Below, one piece after another: positions 9,996-22,801 of a DNA stretch of 64,000 nucleotides (position 1 is its first letter; each line of letters begins with the position of its first letter). The stretch spans positions 28,334,001 through 28,398,000 of the forward strand of contig NC_135758.1 in the NCBI RefSeq assembly GCF_052425735.1, written 5' to 3'. The position numbers and the translations under genes are program-made. The notes beneath the pieces are model-generated. The model was given only the letters and a program-made list of their open reading frames with translations. It searched no databases and had not been told where the DNA came from. Source of the stretch: Oculina patagonica (Eukaryota).

Positions 9996-12900
9996 TCATC
10001 TTTTCTCAGTGAAATTCCTGGGTTTTTTGTTTTCTGGTTCATCACTTTGCCTTTCACTGTTTGCCACTGTACTCTCAAAGTATTCTTTTAAAGCCTTCAG
10101 AGCTTTACCCCTGTGCGAGATGGAATTTTTGGTTTCTGATGGCATCTCTGCATACCTATAGAATTTAAACAAAATCAAACTTCAGGAAATGTGGATCCTT
10201 GGGAAGGGGGAAGTGGGTGCACACCTGTACTTGCAAAGAGTGTATGAATATGTTGTGGTTTAAATTTATCTTTGGTTTAAAATTTTTCAAACAGTTTGAT
10301 TTTTAGTTTTCATTGTCTCATATTCATTATCATAATCTAAAACAAAGGGAACTAAAAATCAAACTAGTTTTAAAAAAAATTAAACCAAGGAAAAAATTAA
10401 ACCACAACAAATACATGGAAGCAGGGGGGTCGGCAGATACATTGGTAGAGGAGAGGGAGGAGAGAGAAGAGGGAGACTGAGATGAGGAAGGGATCCATTT
10501 TTCCTTAATTGTCTCTAGACATCCCCACGCTCCACCATCCAGAAAGAAACCCACAAGGTTGCCTTGGTTTTCGGTCCTTGAAAGTCTATTTTTTTTATTG
10601 AATGTCAAAAGGCTTCAAGGCAATGAGAAGACTGCCAAAATAATCGATTTTTTTTAGTTCTTCAATAAGCACATCAACGGCACAACAGACTGGAAGTCAT
10701 TGATTTGGGGTAAATTTCATGAAAAAAGTCCTTGTAATTTCCAAGAAGGGTCCTGGAAAGTCCTTGAATAGTCCTTGAATTTTTGGCCTGAAAAAGTGTA
10801 CGAACCCTGGATGTACCAGTACAAAAAATTAATTCTGACTCAGTACACCAAAGGCCCAAATTGAACAACAGGTACATGTACAACATACATGTAAATTATG
10901 TTGAAGTTCTTCAGGTCAATTCTGTAATGATTGCACAAAGGCCTGGCCAACTGGCCAAGCAATTAAATTGGTAATTGTTGATAAAGATAACAATCAAATT
11001 ATTATTAATCAATTTAAATAACCGGCAACCAATTGAAGAAGGATATTTTGATTTTCATTGATTGTCATCATTGACAATCATGGATAACAGTTGTGTCTAT
11101 AAATAGGTCATTGATTGGCTGATACCAAACAATACTAATTTAATAACTAACAATTATCAATATAGATATTGATTGATTTCTGATCATTGATTTTCATTGC
11201 TTGGTAAATCCAGGATCATTTGATGACAGGAGCAATGATTCACTATCAACATACATGTACAACTGTCGAGTGAATTAAACATTAATTTACATCTGATTAC
11301 TCAACATCGTCACTCAAGAATTAGTTTTAACTTAACAATATCATAACTCACGTCTGATCAAAGCCATCCGGCTGAAAACATGGATCCCATCCAAAATTCC
11401 TTGGACCTCTGGGTTCAACTATTTTCCCCTTTGAAAATAACGTACATAATTAGTACAACCTCATAGACCTACCTTGTGCATAGATAATGTATACATAAGA
11501 ATAATTATTAACAATTATTCACGGAAGTGGAGGTGAATAGTGGTGGATATTTACCAAGCCGCAAAGTGGCAAGGTAAATATCCACCCACATTCACTGACA
11601 CTGAGGTGAATAATTGTCTTAGTATAATTATACCACACAAGTTGAATAACTAGCAGACTTAAACATCACTTTCAGTAAACGAAGCGACTCGCGAAAGCAG
11701 TTTGTTTCTCTTTAGCTGCTCAGAGGTGAATAGAACTTTGCTAATCACCTTTGAGTCAACCAATCAGCGAGCGCGAAAAGCACTATTCACTTGTGTGGTA
11801 TATACTAAATATAAATTATTTCATGTAATGAGACTTGAGTGCTGTCTTATACATGTACATCACGTATGCATTTATAACAGAATACAGTCTTAACATACAT
11901 ACATACAACCTTTATTTATACACGATGAAAGATAAAAGCTACAAGCTTGTGGGGTCTTGTACAAAATTAAAATGAAAAAAAAAGATAAAAAAAAATTAAA
12001 AAATCGTTTTAAAATGGCGCACTATCTACGTATTAAAAACTATAAATAATTATGAATTCGAATGAGTGAGAATAAAAAGTTCAAAATATGTATGGGATAA
12101 AAAGTTAAAAATAAAAAGTTAAAAATATGTATGGGATCCATGTTTTCAGCCGGATGGCTTTGATCAGACGTGAGTTATGATATTGTTAAGTTTAAACTAA
12201 TTCTTGAGTGACGATGTTGAGTAATCAGATGTAAATTAATGTTTAATTCACTCGACAGTTGTACATGTATGTTGATTGTTGATTGTTTGTGGCGCTAAAA
12301 TGATGAAGTTAAAATCCCTAAAGGCTCACCCGTAATGTTGTAAATAATAATCAAAATGATATCTAAGTTGTGCAGTATACGTACACATAAAAACATTTGC
12401 ATGTATGAATTTGCTATACATGTATTAAATCTGGTGCACAAGTTGTGACAACAATGCATAATCATTTGAAATACCATAGTTTTTCCTCTAAAGAGCATGA
12501 TGGGGTCGTCAAGATTTCCTGTTGAATATGCAAAGGTACAGAGTGCATATGCTGACTTATCCTCCCAGCCTGTTAAAAGTCTGTGTAGACCTAATGAAAG
12601 ATAATAGATAAAGTGAGCATAACTTGCAGTGCATTCTCATATGTACTACGAAATTGCCCAGAGACCTCTTGTGCGATCCAAAGTGAAATTTTGAATAATA
12701 TTAGTTACATTGAAGAATTTTGGAGTATGGGCTCAAAGATCCTGGGTCTGATTGTTTTTGCCCCTTTTTGGCTAGGGTTTTTTTCTACACATTGCCCTCA
12801 TGACCTTATTGGTTTTTACTTGTATGGAGATAATCTTAACCAAGCAGCAACCAATTAGAGTCCAATACTGTGTAGTGCTGTGCGTAAACCATACATGTGC

Positions 12901-15900
12901 ATGTACATGTATTAATTATCAGTGTAAAAACCTTATCTTTATGTGGTCAGTTGAATTGGTGGTTGTGGCTATCCTGTCTCTTTTGTTACTGTTCACACTT
13001 AATGCCTTGACATTAGGAACTGTAAATACAGTATGTTTACCTTCTGGTCCTAATTTCTTTAAGAACCATTTCCTAAAAGTAAAGAAAAAAGAATATTACA
13101 GTCAACTCTCTCTTAACGGACACCTCTATAAGACAAACACCTCCATAAGACGGACACCTGGTAATGGTCCCTGCCGTTTTTCAGCACTGTCACCAAACTT
13201 CCTATAAGACGGACGTAGTAGTCTCTGTAGTCCTCTCTAAGATGGACTACAGACACTTTGAAATCTTTAACGGACACTTGAGAAGTGTTAGTAAAAATAC
13301 TTCCAAACTTCGTATCAACCTAAAGCAAAGTTAGTCAGCGCCCTAAGGATACATGTATGCCAAGCTTTACTAACCAAAAACAACTACTTCTCTGTATGGA
13401 CACTAAAGAGGTCGTTTTCTACTTACAGTATTACAGTTTGTAGAAGCTCTCAATGTTTGCTTTAACAAGCAAATAGGGTCCTTTTTAGTCTTGTTGCAGT
13501 TAGCAAAGGTTTGTTGCATCATGCAAAGGTTTAGCTATATTATCTCGGAATTACTTGTGTCATGTTACTTCAACTCTCTACAGAGCCGACACCTCTCAAA
13601 GACGGACAGCTGCATCCTGTTCCAAAGGTGTCCGTCTTGAAGAGAGTTGATTGTAACCATCATTTACTGTAATGCTACAGTTACTGTGCATGCTTCAGGT
13701 AAAGTATTGATCAGTCTGTTGACATACCACAGACTACCAGTAAAAATAAAAAAAATAATGACAGTTCTTACAACTCACACATAAGGTCCTGGAAGACCTC
13801 CCAATGCAGAGAAACACAAACAGGTGTCCTCAACTATCACTGGACCCCCTATCTAGTTTTTAAGACAAAAGACAAAAATTAAAAAATAAATACATAAATA
13901 TGCATGCATACATGTAATAGAGCGGTTTTCACTTGAGTGTCGAAAGTAATTTGCGTTTGCTTTGGTTTTGCATTCACTATGCTTAGTCATTGGTTTAAAA
14001 ATTTCGCTCCACTTTCTCAGCCAATCAGGAGTAAAACCAAAACCAATCGTGACTCGCTTGCGCATGTATTTGCTTCGAGTTTTGATTGGTTAATTGGATT
14101 GTCTGTGTCCTTTGTGATTGGCCAGAGTAATAACTTTGGTTTTGGTTTTGGTTTTACGACACTCAATTGAAAACTGCTCTATCAAAATACAGATTAAAGT
14201 TAGTTCTTGCATGTACAACAACTGCCCACACTGGCGGGGGTACACATCAAGAAAACATTGGACTAATTTCTCTAGGTTTAATTTGTCAGGAGAGCAGTTT
14301 AATCTACTTGAATTGAATTACAAAAAAATGCCTTAAAGTGCTATATTTTTTTTTTGTTGTAATTTGTTTATTTTTTTCCAACAAGCAGGTTAGAATACAC
14401 AGAATAACTTATTTACATTTCACGTTACAATACATTACTTATACTTATAACTTAACTCTGTGACTTATTTACAATACACTACTTGCAGTATATAGCTTAG
14501 AATAACCTACAGTACATAACTTACAATTAACTTCTTACATTACACTAATAAATTTACATTTTTCTTAAAAAAAAAATTATAAAACACAAAGACAGTGCCA
14601 TGCCTACAGGCAATATATATGTATAACGACATACAGTTCAGTAAGTTGCCTTTAATTGATTAGATAGCTGTTTCGAAACAAGAAGTGCCACGAGCTTGCC
14701 AGCTATGTTAAAATGAGAGAAGGTAGCCTAACAGATCCTTCCATTTGTCATAATGAAAGTTGATCTTGTTATTTTCTTTAGCAATTAAACGTTCAGAATC
14801 AAAGACTGCTTTCAAAGTTTTTGTGAAACTGATTACGCTAGGAAGAGAGTTGTTATGTTTACATCTGAAAATATGTTGTTTTCCTAATAGAATTAGATGA
14901 TTCTTTAGAAATGCATTTTCAACGTGCTATATGATAATGTGTGTAGCTTCTTTAAAGGCACCTACCTCTTTAGCAGCAACTTTGCATTTTTCCTCAGATA
15001 TTTCATCAGGCTCACCTTGAAATTCAGGTACTACAGAGATATAATACCCACTGTTGTGATTTTATTATATTATTTTAAAATAAAAAAAAGTAGTCGTAAC
15101 ACCTTTCTAATATTTAGGGGACAGGAAACCTGAAGAAAGTGGAAATGAAACAGAGTAGTATTTTTGATAATGCAATTGTCATAAAATGGAATTGCTTTAG
15201 GTACAGGGGTGCCACTGGGGGTTTAAAACCCTGACCCTGTTTAGGACAATAAAAACCTAAAATACCTACCCTGTGTAGGACAACACCCCTATTTAGGACA
15301 AAGGACAACATCGACAATCATTTACGCTTTATCGTGGTTGTGTCCCGTACGCGACGTTCAACGCATTGAAATGCGAACACCAATCCCACCAAATAAAATA
15401 ATGCTTTTTATTGAAGCAAAAGTGAAAACAATGGGCAAGATTTCCGCAGAGGACCCTACATTAATTATGCATACAATATTCTGACTGATTCGTTCTTTTC
15501 ATGACTGCTGTTTATGTATAGTGATAGTATGAAATAGTTGCATACATAATTAATGTAGGGGGCTGTGCGGAAATCTTTCCAAACAATGTTCATACTCAAC
15601 GACAGTCTTGTAGCCATACCCTGTCTAGGACAGGTTCAGGCCCTGTTTAGGACAGAGGAGTTTGAAATTATATACCCTGTCCAGGGCCAGAGAAGTAAAA
15701 AACCATACCCTATCCAGCGGCACGTCCCCGTATAGGCCATATAGGGGAGTGCTCCCCCCCCCCCCGGGTTTTACACCTCCCTCCTTCTCCTCCTCCTCCC
15801 TCCCCCTCTCCCCTCTGCTTAAATCGGATTATCTCAACCTCGTTCCCAGGCCTTTTTCTACAATTTATTAACACTTGGGTTTATCATAACACTCTTCTTG

Positions 15901-16505
15901 AGCTAGTAACTAGTACTTACAATCTATATTTCTGGATTCTACTTTCCAGGGAAATGCGTCCCCTAGTATTGCAACTACCTACGATCGGGAAAATATTACG
16001 TAACGTTAGGAACAGGCGACCGTGTATGATTTGCCAATAGGTTAAGTACCAATTCGCAGCTTTCTATATGCTCCATCGATGATTTATTTTGCCGATTTAA
16101 TAGATGCTCCATCTGCCGCCATCTTGATTATCGTGACACAGGTCATGAGAAGTTTTGTCACGCTATTCAAGATGGCGGCTCAAGCTTCGGATCGACGATC
16201 GAATACGCTTCGTTCTACAAAGCATTTCGCCACATAAGATCATGAAGTGGCCGTGTAAATCCTCAAGTAATTGGATTAGTTCTGAAATTTGAAGAGGCGT
16301 TATAGGGCTTTTTACAAAAGATAAGCTTGAACTAAAGATTTTTTTCGCTTTTGACATCGACGACAAAATTCACTCGAATCACCATTCTTAAAGTAGGGGA
16401 AATCAGCTGAAGTGAATAGCAAAATCGACTACTCTTTGTTAGAATACTTACTTCTCTGAGTTTGTTCTGATTCCCTGTCACAAATGATAACGTATTTCTC
16501 GACAT
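9996..16505 (-). CDS. ITPA: Inosine triphosphate pyrophosphatase, complete, 8 coding exons
   Basis: Exons 16505-16452, 15978-15921, 15030-14966, 13852-13779, 13072-13041, 12590-12475, 11428-11352, 10155-9996. Motifs FVTGN, EFQG, VEDT, LPGPY, FGWDP, SHR. All GT/AG and phase-consistent. Confidence 0.96.
11510..11815. repeat. Palindromic interspersed repeat
   Basis: ACAATTATTCAC..GGTGGATATTTACC / GGTAAATATCCACC..GTGAATAATTGT imperfect hairpin of ~105 nt, followed by a further repeat-like segment. Confidence 0.6.
11893..12130 (-). mobile_element. 3' tail of a CR1/L2-type LINE
   Basis: Minus strand ends AAATAAAGGTTGTATGTATGTATG after a T-rich UTR-like stretch. No ORF left. Confidence 0.45.
13099..13653. 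mobile_element. Tc1/mariner-type MITE
   Basis: TA|CAGTCAACTCTC ... GAGAGTTGATTG|TA. Confidence 0.75.
13916..14181. mobile_element. MITE family (second copy at ~43143-43382)
   Basis: TIR ATAGAGCGGTTTTCACTTGAGTGTCG / CGACACTCAATTGAAAACTGCTCTAT. The same termini recur at 43143-43382. Confidence 0.75.
14347..14923 (-). mobile_element. 5'-truncated L1/Tx1-type LINE
   Basis: Minus-strand [21 protein letters not shown]...[18 protein letters not shown] resembles a Tx1 ORF2 C-terminus. Poly(A) at ~14347-14355 and TSD GTGCTATAT at 14338-14346 and 14924-14932. Confidence 0.75.
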
Positions 16506-17309
16506 TTTCTTCTGATCTCCCAGTCCGTAGTGGAAAGTGACGCGCTGGCGGGAAACTGAAAGGGATTACCGAATTACTCGTCCCCAGGGCCTTTTCGACG
16601 TAACCGTCGTCGCGCGGACGTTTCGAGCGTGAGGCCACGTATGTGTCATCTGCGTATGTGTGTGTTTTAGTGAGGCAGAGAGTTACAAACATGTCTGTTT
16701 TTAGAAGAATTTAATGCTGGCGGTGAAGACAACTATGACAACTATTAAAGAACTAATAGATACGCTTAGAGGTGCTTTTTTCTAATTTTTCTAATATGCT
16801 CACAGAAACCGCTCTCCTCGTTTTGATCCTCGTTCCACTTTCTCTTTCGCCAATATACACAGCATTTGCACAGTGCGATTTGCACAAACTGAAGGTTATG
16901 TAGTAACAGAAACTCATGGTAGTACATTAGACTGATGTGTAGTTGAAAGGTTTTATTCGAATGTTGTTGTCATAAATGTTGCTAGCCTGAATCATTGTCA
17001 TTACGTTGTTTAGAAAATAGAAAATGATGAGCGTGTCCACATAGCCCCGTAAAAAGGGTATTGGTAAAAGTGCTACTTGCCAATCAAATGGCGCGTAGTG
17101 TGGAGCAGACTTGCCATGAAAAGCCATTAATTCTCGCAGCTGCTTCATCTAATATACCGTGCTATAAGACAAAATGACTAAAATGCCAAGGGAAATAGTT
17201 ATTCTCAAAAGAGCCCCTCCTGGCCGCGAGTCGAACAAAAGAAATAATCGTTTTCTTCGTTTTTAATGACAAATAGATCATTGATAATACAACTAGAAAA
17301 TTAAGATGA

Positions 17310-17376
17310 TCCATCGATCAATCAATCAATCTATCGGGCGGTCGATCAGTCGGTTGATTGATTGACTGATTGATTG

Positions 17377-17421
<45 letters not shown>

Positions 17422-17493
17422 CTGCCTGACTGACTGATGATTGATTGATTGACTGTCTGACTGATTGATTGATTGACTAACTGACTGACTGAC

Positions 17494-17524
<31 letters not shown>

Positions 17525-17596
17525 CTGCCTGACTGACTGATGATTGATTAATTGACTGTCTGACTGATTGATTGATTGACTAACTGACTGACTGAC

Positions 17597-17662
<66 letters not shown>
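17310..17662. repeat. (ATTG)n/(ACTG)n compound microsatellite
   Basis: Directly visible. Confidence 0.95.
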
Positions 17663-17664
<2 letters not shown>

Positions 17665-18044
17665 GGGAAAAGATGCGGATAATCAAGTTGTTGATGCCTT
17701 TTACGATTCTCCCAATGGGAATAAAGAGAAATCGATGCCGCGCGATAAATACTGCGGCACCAACCTCAAGCCATGCAACAACCGCTTATTTCCCGAAAAA
17801 TCAAACACCCTTTAGACCTTGTTTTACGGCCCCCGTTATGAACTTAGACTGGGTGAAAAGTTTCAAGGGTTTTACATGAGCGACTGCAGAGAAGATGAAA
17901 AGTCGGTTGTCAATTTGAAACTGTCAACTACCGTTGTTTTGTCGAAAGCTGCACGTTTCAATCGTTTGCCCTTCGTTGGAGCAAAGAGAAGTTCCTAGAA
18001 CACTGAGATATCTGGTGGCTCTTTCTAAGACTCCATTTTGCGCA

Positions 18045-19294
18045 TTAACTTGCACACAGTCCTAAGCTAACCAATGCAAAGAGCCACAGTATGTAAGACG
18101 GCAACGAAGTTGATGATCTACTACAAGGATTCCCCAGATGCATGTTACACAAGTCGCTATCACAACAGAACTTGCAGTGGGTGGTTTTCTGGTATTTGCC
18201 AAGTGTCCACTTCATGGGGAAGAGTCTTTTACAATCTCTGTCACAGCCTCTCACCACTTGGGCTGTTGTTCCATTAGGGAAGACCATCCTATACAGAGAG
18301 CACTGGTTAAACCAACGGGTGCACTTTTGAGGCCTTGTTCCTTGCATAGTGTCCGTGCTACAAGGTCCTTCCTTGGAGTTACAATAGTGACACTTGATAA
18401 GACCTACAAGATATCGAATTTGAAAGAAAAAAGCCTATTTCAATCTTAAGGATTAGTCAGGGGGCAGATGGCTCAATGGTCCCGACGCTTTACTCAGGTT
18501 TCTGTAGCATGAATGATATGCTATATTCTATCGCAGGTTAGTAGAAACTCAGTCACTTGTTCTACTGGAATTCCGCGAATCTGATTGGTTCTCCCATTGT
18601 TTTCCATTCGCTAATACAACGCGATCGTGCGCGCGTTGCTCTTTAAAGGGACAAGTATTCTTAAATTTTGGCTGGAAAGTACATAAAATTTTGAGTTATG
18701 GACTGCAGTCCTTCCGAGTTGCTACTAAAACAATTGGACTACTTGCCCTCGTTTTCTATGAGCGTTAGTCAACTCGCTGCGCCCTTGTTGACTATTCGCT
18801 CAAAGGAAACTCGGGCTCGTAGCCTAATTGTTAATTTTGTTGGGCTGCTCGAACAGCTCCTTGGTACTTCAATTATACTCTTGTGTGGAGAGACAGGGCA
18901 CCATGTTAATTATGTGTTTTGCCAAAAAAAAAAACACAACATGACACCGACCAGGATTAGATCCGATCCAGATCAGAGAGTCCAGCGCACTAGCTAACGA
19001 ATTCGAAAGGCCACCGCGTAAACGATATCCCATTTGAACTTGAAAATTGAACAGCAGTGGTATACCCCATCACAGACTCAAAGTTTAAAACGGCAGCCGA
19101 CCATATTATGTTACTATGGAGAAACATTGTGAGACGTACCCAACTGTATTGACTTCAAAGGAAACCTTCAATGGGCGATTGCAACAATTCTCGTATTCAA
19201 TTTAGAAATTAGATGTAGATTTACCTTTTATCACTGGGACATCCGTGAACAGGATGATGCATAAGACGACGCTACGAAAATTTGAACTAGGCAT
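18045..19294 (-). CDS. GPI-anchored Ly6/uPAR (three-finger) domain protein, copy A
   Basis: Signal-peptide exon 19294-19225 (MPSSNFRSVVLCIILFTDVPVIKG) spliced in phase 1 to exon 18403-18045 (LIKCHYC...CCDSDLCN plus hydrophobic C-terminus). Probable upstream non-coding exon with donor near 20223. Confidence 0.85.
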
Positions 19295-21684
19295 AAGTAG
19301 AAGTAAAAGCCAAGCTAGGAGTGCCTTTGGTCCTCCCCTAAGCAAAATTGATACTACAGAGTTACTCCAGATACATTCTGATCTATGGCACCTACAATAA
19401 AATAAAGAAATGAAATGACGGTTATATTCAATATCATATAAACGCCGTGACTACCAGACAAGGTGGATGTTATGTCACTGGAACGTAAACGCCGTGTCTA
19501 TTTTTCGACCAATTCAAGACCCGAAGATAAATTAACTTCCCAAACAATTACCACGTGATTAACACAAGGCAAATACATAGACCCCTAAAATGAAGGTTTT
19601 GACACAAGATACATTTTCTATCAGACTGCGAAACCACAGTCAGGCAAAATGAAAATAGTCAGTAAATTCTTATAAAATTCGCCAGGAGACCGTGGGCTTT
19701 GTGAAAACACTGTGTCCTTAAAGTGCAAAAACGTTTTTGCATTGTATATTCAATAAGTAGCCATTTATTTATATAGAAAAAGAACGCTTTTGTTTGTGCG
19801 GACTCTGTCGTTAATAGTACTTTCTTGCAGGGCTTTATGATCATTTGCCTGAATTATTTAATTTAGCTTGAAATGGAAGAGTTATTTTTTGGAATAAGAT
19901 CGGAATAACTGCCTGATGAAAATAAACAGAATACTGGTTCTGAATTTGAATATGCAAATGCGGGTAAAAAGCACACGATACGACAGTAAATACAAAGGCT
20001 GCTGATAAAGGCAAGAAGACTGATGAGAAACTAAAGTCGAATGATGATATGTAGTAGAATATAAATAAAATAGACTTTAGCTTGGATTAAAGTTTCTTTT
20101 TTAAACAGATTACCACAAAATGTGAATTGAAATGATTTACTTGTAAACGCACCTGTCTTTGCAATGTGACATTAGCATTAACAGCACGACTTAAGACAAA
20201 TCCGCTTATGATTAGGTACTCACCGATGCCCTTGGAAATATCTTAATGGGATTACTAATCTATCGTGCACGTTCAAAACTCGAAGCTGGGCCAAAGAGAA
20301 AGCTTAAGCCGCTAAGAAGATATATGAATATTTACATGCTGGTGAGCGTGGTGTGGTTGCTAGGCTTTTTTAAGAGCCATCTGTGACGTCATGTTTCGCG
20401 CGGGTATGCCGCCAATTGTCAACTGAGCTTGACTTGTAGGCATGCGCCTTATACAATGAATGTCGGTATGATTTTCGGTGGTATTGGGACGTCTCAAAAG
20501 CATAATAGGCAATTGGAGCGTTAGTAGCGTTACAGAAGCAGACCAGAGGCAGCTTATGATAGGCAGATTAAGGGGCATGATAGTAGAAATTTAAAGTAAC
20601 TCTGAAAAGGCTTAAACTAAGGTGATATCTCCCCCCCTCAAGACAAAAAAGAACAACATCAAATGATTAACGGAGCTCTTTTGCTATGAGAAGTAAATTT
20701 TGTCAGAACAAGTTTTTTTTTGTACTAAAAGATTTACGACTTTTTTTATCATCGTGAATACAATGGCACATAAAGTACATTAAAAAAATCGTGTCAGTGA
20801 TGCGAGTACTTAGTACATCATTTACAATACTACAACAATGCCTTGAATGATAACGTCCAACGAACAATTCAGAGCAAGTCGAGAGTTGTGTGTCAATGTT
20901 GTTTAATATTTAGAAACAACAAGTTGCGACATTTACAGAAACAAAATGAGAGCTGACACTCTTGTACAACTTTGTGTCTGTTGTGGTTCATTTTTTCCCT
21001 TGGTACAATCTGGTATTTCCTTCGTTTTACATTCCTTAATTACGTAAGAAAAATACTAATTTGTACCAATGGCAAGATTGAACTGCAACATGTCCACTAG
21101 TTTGGGAACAATAATGGGTGTCTTCAGTCGTCTGATAGTGCATGCAATGACCCTACTGTAAGTGAGGGAGCTGATGCAGTCCTTTTAAGTCGAGAAATTA
21201 CCGAGTCACCGATCGCCGTTGTTTCTTGGCCATCGTAGCTTCGTAGTGGCATGGCTTATGCATCATGAATACAACTTTGTGACAACGTTATTGAACAAGC
21301 TGGTGTGGCATTTTATCCAATAAGCATGTTTACTTTACTCAGGCTCTGGATAAAAGGATCTGAGTTTTTTGTACAAAGTTTAAACATTTTAACAGGTTTC
21401 AATTATAACGTTTTTGACTAGTTCTTATTGTGATTTTCTTCACAAGGTCTCTTTAAATAAAAAAAGCATATAATCTGTATAAATAAAAATATCTAGTAAA
21501 ATAAATATGTAAAAAATAACTAGTGGGTGCGTTTTAGTCGTGGATTTAACTCCATTTTTAAGTGCTGCGTCTTTGATGGCCATATTTTCGCGACTGTGAT
21601 CATTCCGCGCTATGCCGATCCACGAGACAATTCTCGCAAAAATACAGACCAAATGTCATGTAGTATGCAATGGAACTGGCTCAT

Positions 21685-22801
21685 TTACAATAAGTAACGT
21701 AAAACAACCGCTAGGACACCCAGAAGTGAAATGGTAAAAGTCTCGTATCCCAAGTGTCCCGCCTTGGATGGATTACAAGGGTCCATAGTAAAGTTGTTAC
21801 AAAGATCCTGCGAACAGCAAAGAACGCAGTGTTTGGTGGTAGCACCTTCTCTGCCTGTTGTGTATGTAGTGTTGAATTTCAGGCATTCAGTGGCGCAGTA
21901 TCGTACGTATTGATGGTTGGACGTGTTGCCGTCAGGGGACGGTGGTTCTTTCTTGTAAACCGCGCAGTGAGACTCGCCACTGCGGCACTTTCTCGTGCTC
22001 ACTCCATCTAGTGACTGTGGAATGCAACTTTTGTCGTCATTTGAGTTGCAGTCATAGCAATTCGCAGCACCTGAAAGACAGCCATAATGTAAATGTACAA
22101 ATAATATAAATTATAGTGTGTAATGTACTTTTTTACTTTAGCTTGTATTCAGCCAGTCGTTTCTTACCGAGGACAGGGCCCAGTTGTCCAAAGGTTTGAT
22201 AACGCTATTCACCGGATATATCATTATCCATTATTCAATGGACATTAAAGTGCTGACAAAACAAGCTACGCTATCTATTGGATAGTGATTTACCCGGAGG
22301 TGGATAGCGTTATTCAACCTTTGAACAACCGGGACCGGGTTTAAAGATACCACTGAGGTTGCGACGGTCCAAGATCGTCCGCTCCCTAAACCGGCCTCCG
22401 AGGAAGCATAAGATTGATGGCTAGTTACTTTCGATAATATGAAGTACAACAGATAATTACCAAAAAGAAATCCCGGATCAAATGAACCAATCAGAACTCA
22501 AGGAAAAACATGTCACGTGGGCGGGAAAACGCGCGTAGGGTAAGTCACGAGTGATACGTTGCCAGATCTTGATTGGCTAAATAAGAACACTGAACATCTT
22601 GCCCAAAGACGTTTAGCAATGTTACAAATTTGATAAGTAAGAGCTCAGCAAACACAAACCGGCCCTCGCAATTTGACAGAACTTGGACAGTCCATTGATG
22701 TCGAGTCAGTTGTTATAATTACCTTCACTTGTCAAATAAAAGCAGGCTGCCGCCAACACCGCGTAAAATGTGACGCGCGCATAGACAGTGACTTCAGTCA
22801 T
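21685..22801 (-). CDS. GPI-anchored Ly6/uPAR (three-finger) domain protein, copy B
   Basis: Signal exon 22801-22723 (MTEVTVYARVTFYAVLAAACFYLTSEG) spliced in phase 1 to exon 22070-21685 (NCYDC...CCSQDLCN plus hydrophobic C-terminus). Same structure as copy A. Confidence 0.87.
22176..22337. mobile_element. Short MITE in the Ly6 copy B intron
   Basis: Imperfect TIR GGCCCAGTTGTCCAAAGG..GATAACGCTAT / ATAGCGTTAT..CCTTTGAACAACCGGG. Confidence 0.6.

Larger units (their letters stand above)
11245..12276. repeat. 146 bp inverted duplication (11245-11390 vs 12131-12276) including the ITPA exon 7 donor
   Basis: Direct comparison gives 145/146 reverse-complement identity. Confidence 0.92.

Noticed and set aside
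17477-17686. SINQ-repeat ORF
   Set aside because: Translation of a microsatellite.
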